NCBI GenBank assembly: GCA_021847945.1
Contig: JAJZNG010000042.1
Span: forward strand, 7,709-71,708
Source of the DNA: Actinomycetes bacterium
Lineage (GTDB): Bacteria > Actinomycetota > Acidimicrobiia > Acidimicrobiales > Palsa-688
Direction: 5' to 3'
Length of the DNA stretch: 64,000 nucleotides
Shown: positions 1 to 8,234 of the stretch, in pieces
Layout of the letters: every line of letters starts with the position of its first letter
Position numbering within the stretch: position 1 is the first letter of the stretch
Position numbers and translations under genes: made by a program
The notes under the pieces: model-generated
What the model was told of the DNA's origin: nothing
The model's input: the letters and a program-made list of their open reading frames with translations, nothing else
The model's database searches: none

Positions 1-1307
1 GAGTTGCTGCCGCTGAATTGACCCGCGCCATAAGCCATCGTAGTGCCTATCCCACCATCGGCCCATCCGGTTTCCATGCCCTCCGGCCCCTCGTAGAGGG
101 TTCCAAGGACTGTGTCGGGGGTTACGGTCTCTCCGACACTGACCGAGGGGTAAATGTCCTCGGCGGCGTACACCGTTAGGCCTGCTGCTGGTCCGCTTGT
201 CAACTTGTAGGCAATGTAGGTGCCGCCTGGCCACCCCCCATTGGAAGTCGAGAGAACCAAGCCATCCCCGATGGCGTATATCGGTCCGTAACCGCTGTAG
301 TCGACACCCTGGTCGACGCGTTCGGGGTTGAGCGCTGCGACGGAGCGGAGGGGGTTCGCGTAGCCGCTCGCTCCGGTGGGTGCGGGCTGCGGAGCGGCTA
401 GGAAGGTCGCAGGTGGGCTTGGTAGGGCTGGGCTCGTGCGAACCGGCGGTCTGGTGGTTGTGGTCGTTGTCGCCTGAGCGGTAGTGGGAGGTTCTGCTAC
501 AGGGGGGCCGCTTGCAGCTGGCCCCGTGGGCTTTGCCGGGGGCGCCTGTACGGTGGCAACGCTTGTAGCGAGTGCCTGCTCGGCCGCATGCTGAGCCGCT
601 TCCTGCTTGGCTTGAGCCGCCGCAAGAAGTTGTACGAGGTTGCCCTTGACCTGGTTGAGAGTCGCCTCGTCGGCAGCGAGGGCTTGTAGCGCCGCTTGCC
701 TCTGTGCTCCAAGAGTAGCGACAGTCTGTTGCGTCTCGCGGGAGAGGTTCTCGGTGGCCGCGGTCGTTGTAGCGACGAGCTTCGCTTCTAGGGTGTAGCT
801 CTGGATCGCCTCTGTCACGTCCAACCCAGCGACTTTCACGTATTCGCTTTCCACCATCGCCGAGTCTGCTCTGCTCACGAGGGAAGACCCGTTTGCGGAT
901 TGTCCGGCTTGGGGGTCTGGGCCGTCGACGTACTCCTGAACGGCCACCTTGCGTAGGTTCGCCGCAGCCACGGCCTCGTCTGTTTGCAGGACTACCAGTT
1001 GCTGCTTGTCGACGGCCAGCTTGTGCTGGAGGGCGGTCAGCTGAGTTTGAGTAGCGTTTGTTCGGCCAACTAGCTGTTGGAGGGCAGTACCTTCGCTGGC
1101 GATTTTCGCCTCGACTTGGGCTATCTGTGACTGGTCTGAGGTCACGCTGCTCGCCGAAGCCGGTCGGGCAGTCGTAACCGCAGTAGCTATGGCGGTGGCC
1201 ACCACTATGAAAGGGACAATAACCCTAGGGGCTGCCTTGCGCAGCTTGGTGGCCTGAACACGACAGGGGGCAAGCTTTCGACGCGACCAGGCTTTGGACA
1301 TCACCAT
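1..1307 (-). CDS. Secreted/membrane-anchored coiled-coil protein with C-terminal degenerate LytM (M23-like) domain; 3' end runs off the window
   Basis: Hand translation of the minus strand from ATG 1307 stays open to position 1. It is absent from the ORF track because there is no stop in the window. N-terminus 'MVMSKAWSRRKLAPCRVQATKLRKAAPRVIVPFIVVATAIATAV' looks like a TM/signal segment. About 200 aa of Q/A/L-rich coiled-coil-like sequence follow, then a Pro/Thr linker. The C-terminal part, 'VDQGVDYSGYGPIYAIGDGLVL..TVYAAEDIY..VGETVTPDTVLGTLYEGPEGMETGWA', follows M23 spacing but lacks the HxxxD and HxH zinc ligands. Confidence 0.7.
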   Translation of the reverse strand, partial: MVMSKAWSRRKLAPCRVQATKLRKAAPRVIVPFIVVATAIATAVTTARPASASSVTSDQSQIAQVEAKIASEGTALQQLVGRTNATQTQLTALQHKLAVDKQQLVVLQTDEAVAAANLRKVAVQEYVDGPDPQAGQSANGSSLVSRADSAMVESEYVKVAGLDVTEAIQSYTLEAKLVATTTAATENLSRETQQTVATLGAQRQAALQALAADEATLNQVKGNLVQLLAAAQAKQEAAQHAAEQALATSVATVQAPPAKPTGPAASGPPVAEPPTTAQATTTTTTRPPVRTSPALPSPPATFLAAPQPAPTGASGYANPLRSVAALNPERVDQGVDYSGYGPIYAIGDGLVLSTSNGGWPGGTYIAYKLTSGPAAGLTVYAAEDIYPSVSVGETVTPDTVLGTLYEGPEGMETGWADGGIGTTMAYGAGQFSGSN

Positions 1308-1456
1308 GTGAACCTGTGAGGCTCCTGTCTTAGCTGGGCTACTGCGGACTGTAACGAAGGCTTTAGGGACGTGAAATGTCCCGGCTTGGCGTTTGCGGGG
1401 TATCCGCTATTGGGGAAGAACGGACCGCTTAAATGTAGCAGGGTGTGCCTTCGCCG

Positions 1457-1894
1457 TCACTGTTCACGGTGGGCGAGGCGTCGTCCAGTTATTTTCTGAG
1501 CGACGATCTCTACCCAGTGCGTCCGTTCGCCTGGTACGGCAATTTGTACGGAGAGGTGGCGGAGCGCTTCGGAGCGGTCGTCCAAGGCGGAGCTGATGTC
1601 GTTGGCAGTGCCTGCCACCACGACGCTCCAACCGTCCCCAGTGCCGGGGTCGACGCTGTCAATTTCGAAGGCGACCCTGGCTAGGTCTGCACCTGCGAGC
1701 TTTGTCCCTTCATTGCTCATGAACACTACGCAGTCGTCGGCGAAGCGATAGTTCACGGGGAATATCATCGGCTGTCCCCCCGTGACGACAGCGATACGGC
1801 CGAACGTGTTCGATTCGAGCAGAGTCCTGCATTCGTCCTCGCCGATCTCGTCGTAGACGACCAAAGTCTTAGAGTTTCCCGGTTCCGGTGTCAT
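1457..1894 (-). CDS. Pyridoxamine 5-phosphate oxidase-family (split-barrel FMN/F420-binding) protein
   Basis: 145-aa ORF. 'ECRTLLESNTFGRIAVVTGGQPMIFPVNYRFADDCVVF..WSVVVAGTA' is a typical PPOX-class pattern. AGGAG lies about 8 nt upstream of ATG 1894. Confidence 0.8.
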   Translation of the reverse strand: MTPEPGNSKTLVVYDEIGEDECRTLLESNTFGRIAVVTGGQPMIFPVNYRFADDCVVFMSNEGTKLAGADLARVAFEIDSVDPGTGDGWSVVVAGTANDISSALDDRSEALRHLSVQIAVPGERTHWVEIVAQKITGRRLAHREQ

Positions 1895-1987
1895 GGTCTA
1901 GCTCCTATATCTCGTCGTTTGATCAGCTTGGCAGTTCTGAGGGTTCCCCAGTAGAGACGAAAGTCCCAAGGGGGTAGATTCGGGGAT

Positions 1988-3007
1988 GTGGAGGCCAACA
2001 AGTGGATCGGTAGGCCGGCAGGCGACATAGCCCTCAGTCTCTCCTGGGTGCCGTTGGCTCTGGCCGGCCACTTCAGCGAAGGGAACCACCGAGTTCTCGG
2101 CTTGCTGGTTGCCTGCGTCATGTTCTTGTCCTTTGCGCATCAGCCTCTCACCCTCCCTTTCGTCTATGCGAGTCCCTGGCGCTTGAGCAGTCACCGGCGG
2201 CTTTTTGTCCTATCCCCCGCCGTGGCGATAGTAGTCGTATCGGTCTTTGCCACGGTCAGCCCCGTAGTCATAGCAGTCGTAGGAGGCCTGTGGAACGCCG
2301 AGCACACCCTTATGCAGCGCTACGGGATCATGCGAATCTACGGTCGAAGGCTCGGCGACAGCCAGGCTAAGACGGAGAAGGCGATGGTTATGGTATGGTT
2401 TGCTGTTCCATTGCTATTACTTATTGCACGCAATGATGTTACGAGTACAGTCAATAAGTTTGGTGTTGTCACGGTGGCTGGTAGTGCCGTCAAGATCCTT
2501 GTTGGAATGTCGACAGAGGCGACGGTCGCTTTACCGTTCGTGGCGCTGGCGGCCTGCTACCTTGCAGCTCGCTGGTTGGCCGGTGAGGTCCGTTCTGGAC
2601 GGCACAACCCTGGCAAGTGGCTCTACGTGGCCTCGACGGCCACCTTGTTCGCCGTGGCCCTCGTCGATCCGATCGCCGGACTTGTGGGATTCGTGGGGTC
2701 TCATTCGATTGAGTACCTCGTCATCGTCAACCGGTCTATTGCGGGTGAAGCTCGCCACCCCGGCCGGCTGGGTGACGTCGCCCGGATTCCCGGCGGGCGG
2801 ACTTGGTTCTTCGTGGCTTACTTCGCTCTGATCAGTATCTCATTTGCGCTGCTCTACTACGTCGCTCCTTCCTCCCTCCTCCTCGTGGTCGTCCTGAGTG
2901 TGGGGGCCCTGCACTTCTTCTACGACTCGTTCATATGGAAGCTGCGAAAGCCGGAGGTCTCCGCGTCCTTAGCCGGCGTGCCTCCCCGGAAGGTGGCAGC
3001 CGCCTGA
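1988..3007 (+). CDS. Polytopic integral membrane protein of unknown function (about 8 TM segments, His-containing motifs)
   Basis: 339-aa ORF with a GTG start and hydrophobic segments throughout. Motifs: 'FAHQP', 'WNAEHTLMQRYG', 'GSHSIEYLV', 'ALHFFYDSFIWKLR'. I do not recognise a family. Confidence 0.6.
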   Translation: MEANKWIGRPAGDIALSLSWVPLALAGHFSEGNHRVLGLLVACVMFLSFAHQPLTLPFVYASPWRLSSHRRLFVLSPAVAIVVVSVFATVSPVVIAVVGGLWNAEHTLMQRYGIMRIYGRRLGDSQAKTEKAMVMVWFAVPLLLLIARNDVTSTVNKFGVVTVAGSAVKILVGMSTEATVALPFVALAACYLAARWLAGEVRSGRHNPGKWLYVASTATLFAVALVDPIAGLVGFVGSHSIEYLVIVNRSIAGEARHPGRLGDVARIPGGRTWFFVAYFALISISFALLYYVAPSSLLLVVVLSVGALHFFYDSFIWKLRKPEVSASLAGVPPRKVAAA

Positions 3008-3078
3008 CGTGTACGGGGATCGCGAGAGCGGCGAGACTCACAAGCCGGAACCGTCATCGCTGGCCCGGAGCTTCCGAG

Positions 3079-4497
3079 CTACCCCGAGCTTCCGAGTTCC
3101 TCGACGGCGGAGCGGAAGGCCTCGCCACGCTGTTTGTAGTTACTGAAGCGCCCGAAGCTGGCAGCTGCCGGCGACAGCAGCACCACTGCTCCTGGTTTCG
3201 CCCACTGGGATGCCTTGAACACAGCTTCGCCTATGTCCCGGCAAGCCTCGCCGGTGCCACCCCTGGATAAAACCTCCCGTAGTATCCTGTCACCGCTGTC
3301 GGGAACAGTGAACACGACAGACGCCTGGCTGCGTCCTGCGAGGTGCTCTGCCAGCGGGGCGTAGTCGATGTCACGGTCGAAGCCTCCGGCGATGAGCGCA
3401 AGCGGCCTGTCAGCGAACACCTCGGTCGCAGCGATCGTCGGCAGGACATTAGTGGACAGCGAATCATCGATGTACTCGACTCCGTTGTGAACCCGGACCG
3501 TCTCAAGTCGGTGGGGAAGTCCTCTGAAGCCCGTGGCCGCTTCAGCGAGCCGATCGGGATCTGCTGCTTCCTCTATGCCGATCTCTTCGAGGCACGCCGC
3601 AGCGATGAGAGCGTTCAACACGTTGTGACGCCCTCTCAGGCCGAGAGCTTCTACCCAGGCTGGCGATCCACTTCCTGGGAGGCCATCTGCTGTAACGCTA
3701 GGATAGTGCACCCATCGCGGCCCGGGACGCAGCCATTCCCGGCGCTCCACAAGACGGTCGTCGTCGCCGTTGGCCACTACGATCCTGCCGCCCCGTCGCC
3801 CGCAGATCGACAGCTTGTCACGGTAGTAAGTTTCAATCGACCCGTGCCAATCCAAATGGTCCGGATGCAGCGAAGTTACGGCCACCACCGCAGGTGACGA
3901 CCACAGGTCGGTCGCCTGGAAGCTGGATACTTCCACTATCCAAAGCCTGTGCGGGGCCGATCCTTCGGTTGCTATCGCCCCGTTCCGGGCAACCGGCAAG
4001 CCAGGTGAGGTGGTATGTCCGGCGCTCGGTTCGAGCTCAGCGGGGCTGTCGGATGTATCCCAGGGAACCACGCCGAGATTGCCGCCTACGAAACAGGTTC
4101 GTCCGAAGGCTGACGCGAGGTGCCCGGCCACCGAAGTGGTGGTCGACTTGCCTTTCGTGCCGGTGATGCCGATCACATTGCTTGGGCCGACTTCTTCCAA
4201 CCACAGTCCCATTCCGCCCACGACCGTCACGCCTTTGGCTTCGAGGCTCCTCACGCCTTCTCCGTGTCGGGACACTCCCGGGGATTTGATTACCACGTCG
4301 CAATGCAGCAGCGCATCCAAGCCGCCTTCCGACAATCCGAGCACCCAAGGCTCGCTCGGATTGTCGTCGACTACGACGAACGGGTCGATGTCGCCGGCTT
4401 GCAAGCGTCGTAGGGTTGCGCGACCTTCGGAGCCGACTCCCCAGACGCCGACACGGTGTCCACGAAGGTCAGACCAGCGTAGCGGGTTTGAGGTCAT
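3079..4497 (-). CDS. murD2: MurD-type Mur ligase, probable UDP-MurNAc-L-Ala--L-glutamate ligase (MurD2-like)
   Basis: Mur ligase motifs are present: 'VGVWGVGSEG', 'VIKSPGV', P-loop 'GITGTKGKSTT', 'VEVSSFQ', 'HPDHLDWHG', 'GRHNVLNA', 'DDSLSTN', 'LLSPAAASFGRF'. I moved the start to ATG 4497 ('MTSNPLRW') because the 58 codons upstream in the track ORF overlap the preceding gene. Pairing with the MurL-like gene supports the MurD2 call. Confidence 0.75.
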   Translation of the reverse strand: MTSNPLRWSDLRGHRVGVWGVGSEGRATLRRLQAGDIDPFVVVDDNPSEPWVLGLSEGGLDALLHCDVVIKSPGVSRHGEGVRSLEAKGVTVVGGMGLWLEEVGPSNVIGITGTKGKSTTTSVAGHLASAFGRTCFVGGNLGVVPWDTSDSPAELEPSAGHTTSPGLPVARNGAIATEGSAPHRLWIVEVSSFQATDLWSSPAVVAVTSLHPDHLDWHGSIETYYRDKLSICGRRGGRIVVANGDDDRLVERREWLRPGPRWVHYPSVTADGLPGSGSPAWVEALGLRGRHNVLNALIAAACLEEIGIEEAADPDRLAEAATGFRGLPHRLETVRVHNGVEYIDDSLSTNVLPTIAATEVFADRPLALIAGGFDRDIDYAPLAEHLAGRSQASVVFTVPDSGDRILREVLSRGGTGEACRDIGEAVFKASQWAKPGAVVLLSPAAASFGRFSNYKQRGEAFRSAVEELGSSG

Positions 4498-5824
4498 GGG
4501 GTATGTGGTCGGTTCCCATCGGACGCATGAAAACTGCCGGGTCAGCAGGAGATCTACCGGTAGTGCTGTCCAATTTGTGCAAAAGGCGGGCGAGGACTTC
4601 GTTTGACTCCCTGTCGGGTCTGCTGGCTGCCAGACGGAGAGCCATCCGGCTTTCATCCACGTCACCGACACACTCGAATGGCTTGAACGCCTTTCCGATA
4701 CCGAGAAGAGTTTCGAAGACTCCGGCCAGGTCGCCTTGCTCTAGCGGCTCGTTCCCGTTGAAGATCTCCGAGAGCTTTTCACGATCCATGAACGGGGCGA
4801 GAATCAGGTCGATGAAGCAGCACTTGTCGCAGCGACCGCACCAAGCGTCGAGCCGTTGAGCTGGGTCGAGGTGGAAGGCACGGTTGCACGAGTGGAAGAC
4901 ACTGTGGTACGGCATCAACGTGGCGAAGCGCTTCGCAACCCACAACTCGCTGTACGGCCTCAGCAGTGAGAAATACTCCACGAGCGAGCCGAGAGCATTC
5001 TTCAGCACCGACCGGAAACCCTTCTCGAACAGTTCGCTCTTGGAGTACTGGTGGTTAACTCCCTGGCCGTTGACGGTCAGGTTCGGCTTGCTCGATGACC
5101 ACTCGTTCGACATCACGACTCGCCCACGGCCATCGAGGACGGCGCACAGTACGGCTATCGCAGAGACGATACCGGTTACAGGGACGTGACCGTTAAAGGC
5201 AGTCGCTTTGGTCTCAGGGCTGAGTATCCAAGGGTCTATCTCGCGCTCGGCTCGTCTGATCGCAAGCCCTGTTGTCGAAGCCGCCCGCTCGATCGCCTCG
5301 AAAGGAGGAGCCCCGGCGCGGTTGAGCACGAACAACTCCATGTCAGGATTCGCAGCCTTTAGAGTCTCGACGGTGACGATCGAGTCGATCCCCCCACCGA
5401 AAGGCACGAGCAGGCGCTGCCCGGGGTTGTAGTCGAGGTCTGTCCTTTCGGGCTCTGCGGGCAGAACCTGCCTTCCACCGACGAACTTTACTTCGGTGAG
5501 GTCCAACTCGTTTCGGTATGCGAACTCGCCGAGACCCTGGATGTAAAAGTCTCGGAGGAATTCGAGGTCTCCGGGTCTGAGCGGAGTTTCGCCGAGGTCA
5601 ACCAGGGGAGGCGCCCCCGCCTTGAAATAGGACACCCCTGCCAGTAGGCCAACGATTCGGGCTGCTTCATGGGCGGCGGGACCCCACCTGTGTCCAGGCC
5701 CAACGTCTAGCTCTTCTACAAGCTCGACCGCGTCGAGACTGTAATGAAAACGCAGAATACCGGCGCTTTCGTCGGTTTCCACAGGACCGTACGAGAACCG
5801 GCCGGAACGGACAGGGCTGCTCAC
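4469..5824 (-). CDS. murL: PP-loop-type ATP-utilising protein, probable UDP-MurNAc-L-Ala-L-Glu epimerase (MurL-like)
   Basis: 451-aa ORF with the PP-loop-like motif 'LLVPFGGGIDSIV' and the C-terminal Cys cluster 'HSCNRAFH..WCGRCDKCCF'. Its last 29 nt overlap the start of the MurD-type ligase gene, which indicates translational coupling. Confidence 0.6.
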   Translation of the reverse strand: MSSPVRSGRFSYGPVETDESAGILRFHYSLDAVELVEELDVGPGHRWGPAAHEAARIVGLLAGVSYFKAGAPPLVDLGETPLRPGDLEFLRDFYIQGLGEFAYRNELDLTEVKFVGGRQVLPAEPERTDLDYNPGQRLLVPFGGGIDSIVTVETLKAANPDMELFVLNRAGAPPFEAIERAASTTGLAIRRAEREIDPWILSPETKATAFNGHVPVTGIVSAIAVLCAVLDGRGRVVMSNEWSSSKPNLTVNGQGVNHQYSKSELFEKGFRSVLKNALGSLVEYFSLLRPYSELWVAKRFATLMPYHSVFHSCNRAFHLDPAQRLDAWCGRCDKCCFIDLILAPFMDREKLSEIFNGNEPLEQGDLAGVFETLLGIGKAFKPFECVGDVDESRMALRLAASRPDRESNEVLARLLHKLDSTTGRSPADPAVFMRPMGTDHIPHDLKPATLV

Positions 5825-5937
5825 TTCACGGTAAGGCTATCCCACCCCGAGCGACGAGAAGCTCCAACTCGCATTCGGCCCCGGGCCCCGGTAGATCGAT
5901 GGGCACATCAAATATCGTCGACGCGACTTGGTTTCTA

Positions 5938-6774
5938 TCAGCCCCCGAAAGCTATCTTCGGGTCGAGCGGGGCGCTCTCGTCGGCGCGCGCTTGTGAGGC
6001 GCTCAGACGTCCTACTGCTACGAGTCTTGCGAAGACGTGACTTCTGCGCGCTAGTGCGGCGCTGAGGTGTGTCCGGGGGTCGTAAGCTGAAGGCGCTTGC
6101 AGGAGGCCGGCGATGAGGGCTGCTTGACCCCAGGAGAGGTGGCTCGGTTCCAGGCCGAAGTAGTGGAGGGCCGCTTCGGTGACACCGTAAGCGCCGTCAC
6201 CGAAGTAGGCGGCGTCGAGGTACATGGCGAGAATCTGGGCTTTCGTGAAATCGTGATCGAGTTTGAAAGCCATCACGACCTGTTCACAGAGCGCAGCTGG
6301 GTCGGACCGACCCGGGGTGTAGAGCAGTTTCGCAAGCTGCACTTCGATCGTAGCCCCTCCCAAATTTGGATTTGCGGTCACGAACCCCCAGGCGGCACGC
6401 AACGTGCCTTGCGGGTCGAGGGCAGTATCGGAGTAGAAGCGGCTATCCTCCGTGGCGAGGACGGCCTCCCCGACTCTTGCCGGGACAACCCCGTTGTCGC
6501 TCGGAGCGCGATGCTCTGCGAGCGTTGCCTTCACCATCGACGGGGCGTCGGCGGCCGACGGGGTGACAGCGACGGCGACAGCGGTTGATATCAGCGCAAC
6601 TACTAACACCACCGTCGTTACCGCAGCCAGGCGTCTCAGGTATCGACGTCGGACGCGGTGAGCTGGCCGCCGAGAGCCGCTTCTTCGGCGACGGTCTTGT
6701 GGAGTGCTCCGACCTTCGGGGTCGCCGGTCCCATCTCGGCCAGCTGGACGCTTGGTCGCTACCACCACAGCCAA
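5938..6774 (-). CDS. Monofunctional peptidoglycan glycosyltransferase (GT51 family)
   Basis: Arg-rich N-terminal tail plus one TM segment ('LAAVTTVVLVVALISTAVAVAV'). GT51 motifs: 'ATEDSRFY', 'GGATIEVQLAKLLY', 'TKAQILAMYLDAAYFGDGAYGV..AALHYFG', 'LIAGLLQAPSAYDP'. There is no transpeptidase domain. Confidence 0.8.
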   Translation of the reverse strand: MAVVVATKRPAGRDGTGDPEGRSTPQDRRRRSGSRRPAHRVRRRYLRRLAAVTTVVLVVALISTAVAVAVTPSAADAPSMVKATLAEHRAPSDNGVVPARVGEAVLATEDSRFYSDTALDPQGTLRAAWGFVTANPNLGGATIEVQLAKLLYTPGRSDPAALCEQVVMAFKLDHDFTKAQILAMYLDAAYFGDGAYGVTEAALHYFGLEPSHLSWGQAALIAGLLQAPSAYDPRTHLSAALARRSHVFARLVAVGRLSASQARADESAPLDPKIAFGG

Positions 6775-6804
6775 ACTATCCCCGCCGCCGGTAGCGTTGT
6801 TAGC

Positions 6805-7779
6805 ATGCAGCGTTCAAACCACCTGATCGCGTCGGTAGCTGACGCCGCCTTGGAAGCGTCTATCGTGGGTAGCTTCAGCCGGCTCGGTTTCGAGGTGCGC
6901 AGCGTGAGTGACAGGTGGGAGGACCCACCACGCTTGGATGGCAAGACCGTGCTGGTGACTGGGGCCTCGTCGGGCATCGGACGGGCTGTCGCCATCGGTC
7001 TCGGCCGTCGCGGAGCTCACGTTATATCGACGGCTCGGGATATTGGTCGGCTCAACCTGTCAGCTAAGCAAGTCGTCGCTGCAGGCGGCGCGGCTACCGT
7101 CGTTCCCGCAGATCTGGTCGAGCCGTCCCAGGTGGAAGCGCTAGTCGAGCGGATTGGAGCCACGTGCGCAGGGGTGGACGCCGTTGTGCACAATGCCGGG
7201 GCTTTGTTCCCTGGTTACCGCCAGGCTCCCGACGGCACTGAGCTCACTGTGGCGACACACGTGCTGGCACCCTTCCGCCTCACGCGTCAGATGTCCACTT
7301 TGATGAACACGAAGCGCCGCGTCCTAGTAACTGTCTCGTCCGGCGGAATGTACACCGAGAGATTCGACCTTAGTCGCCTGGAGATGACCCGGTCGGACTA
7401 CCGGGGAGCAGTGGCCTATGCCCGCGCGAAGAGAGCGCAGGTTGTGCTCGCCTCGCAGTGGCAGCTCAGGCTCGGTCCCGGTGTCCACAGCTACAGCACT
7501 CACCCGGGTTGGGTGAGAACCGCGGGGCTGGACGCCGGCCTGCCGGGGATGGCGCGCCTAGGTCCGCTGCTCCGTTCGCCTGAGCAGGGGGCTGATACAA
7601 TAGTGTGGCTTGTCGGCGAAGCCCTCACACGACCACAAGCGCCTACGCCAGGCTTCTGGCACGACCGGCGCCTGAGGGGCGTGTACTACCGTCCAGGGAC
7701 GAGGCGAAGTCCCGCCCAGGAGCGTTCGGACGGCGAGGCGCTATGGTCTTGGTGCGAAGACCGAACCGTATTCGTATAG
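6805..7779 (+). CDS. Short-chain dehydrogenase/reductase (SDR) family oxidoreductase
   Basis: 'KTVLVTGASSGIGRAV' (TGxxxGxG), 'HNAG' and 'YARAK' (YxxxK). I moved the start to ATG 6805 because the upstream part of the track ORF overlaps the divergent GT51 gene. Confidence 0.85.
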   Translation: MQRSNHLIASVADAALEASIVGSFSRLGFEVRSVSDRWEDPPRLDGKTVLVTGASSGIGRAVAIGLGRRGAHVISTARDIGRLNLSAKQVVAAGGAATVVPADLVEPSQVEALVERIGATCAGVDAVVHNAGALFPGYRQAPDGTELTVATHVLAPFRLTRQMSTLMNTKRRVLVTVSSGGMYTERFDLSRLEMTRSDYRGAVAYARAKRAQVVLASQWQLRLGPGVHSYSTHPGWVRTAGLDAGLPGMARLGPLLRSPEQGADTIVWLVGEALTRPQAPTPGFWHDRRLRGVYYRPGTRRSPAQERSDGEALWSWCEDRTVFV

Positions 7780-7868
7780 TCCGTCGGCGTGAGCGGCACC
7801 GACGCGGACTGGCAGGCAATAGCTAAGAGACTGTCAAGGAACGGTCGATAACCTAGCTAGAGTCGCGC

Positions 7869-8201
7869 GTGTTAGTGGAGTTGACCGGCCAGACTGGAGA
7901 TAGTGTCGTGTCGGACGAAGAGTTGATCGCCGAACAGGTGGTAGCGGTCGAAACGCAACGGGCAGTAAAGGTCCGAATCTCTCAGCACACCGTCGAGGAT
8001 TTCTGGAGGGTGGACGTAACCTGTGGTAGCGGCTGTGGGTCGGGGCGTGTGAGCGCTACTGTCTCGCCTGGCGACAGCTTCTTGATGAACCTGATAGAGG
8101 GTGCCATGAGCGGCGAGATCGTCGCTTGGCGCCACCTTGCCGAATGGGGCTTGCACAGTTTCAGTGGAATGTCCGGAATGCCCGTTCCGCGATTCGCGTA
8201 G
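7869..8201 (+). CDS. Hypothetical protein
   Basis: 110-aa ORF with a GTG start and GC-rich third codon positions. The opposite-strand ORFs here are Ser/Arg-rich shadows. No recognisable domain. Confidence 0.3.
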   Translation: MLVELTGQTGDSVVSDEELIAEQVVAVETQRAVKVRISQHTVEDFWRVDVTCGSGCGSGRVSATVSPGDSFLMNLIEGAMSGEIVAWRHLAEWGLHSFSGMSGMPVPRFA

Positions 8202-8234
8202 GGCAGTCCAGCCGATGTTAGAGTCACCTCGCCC

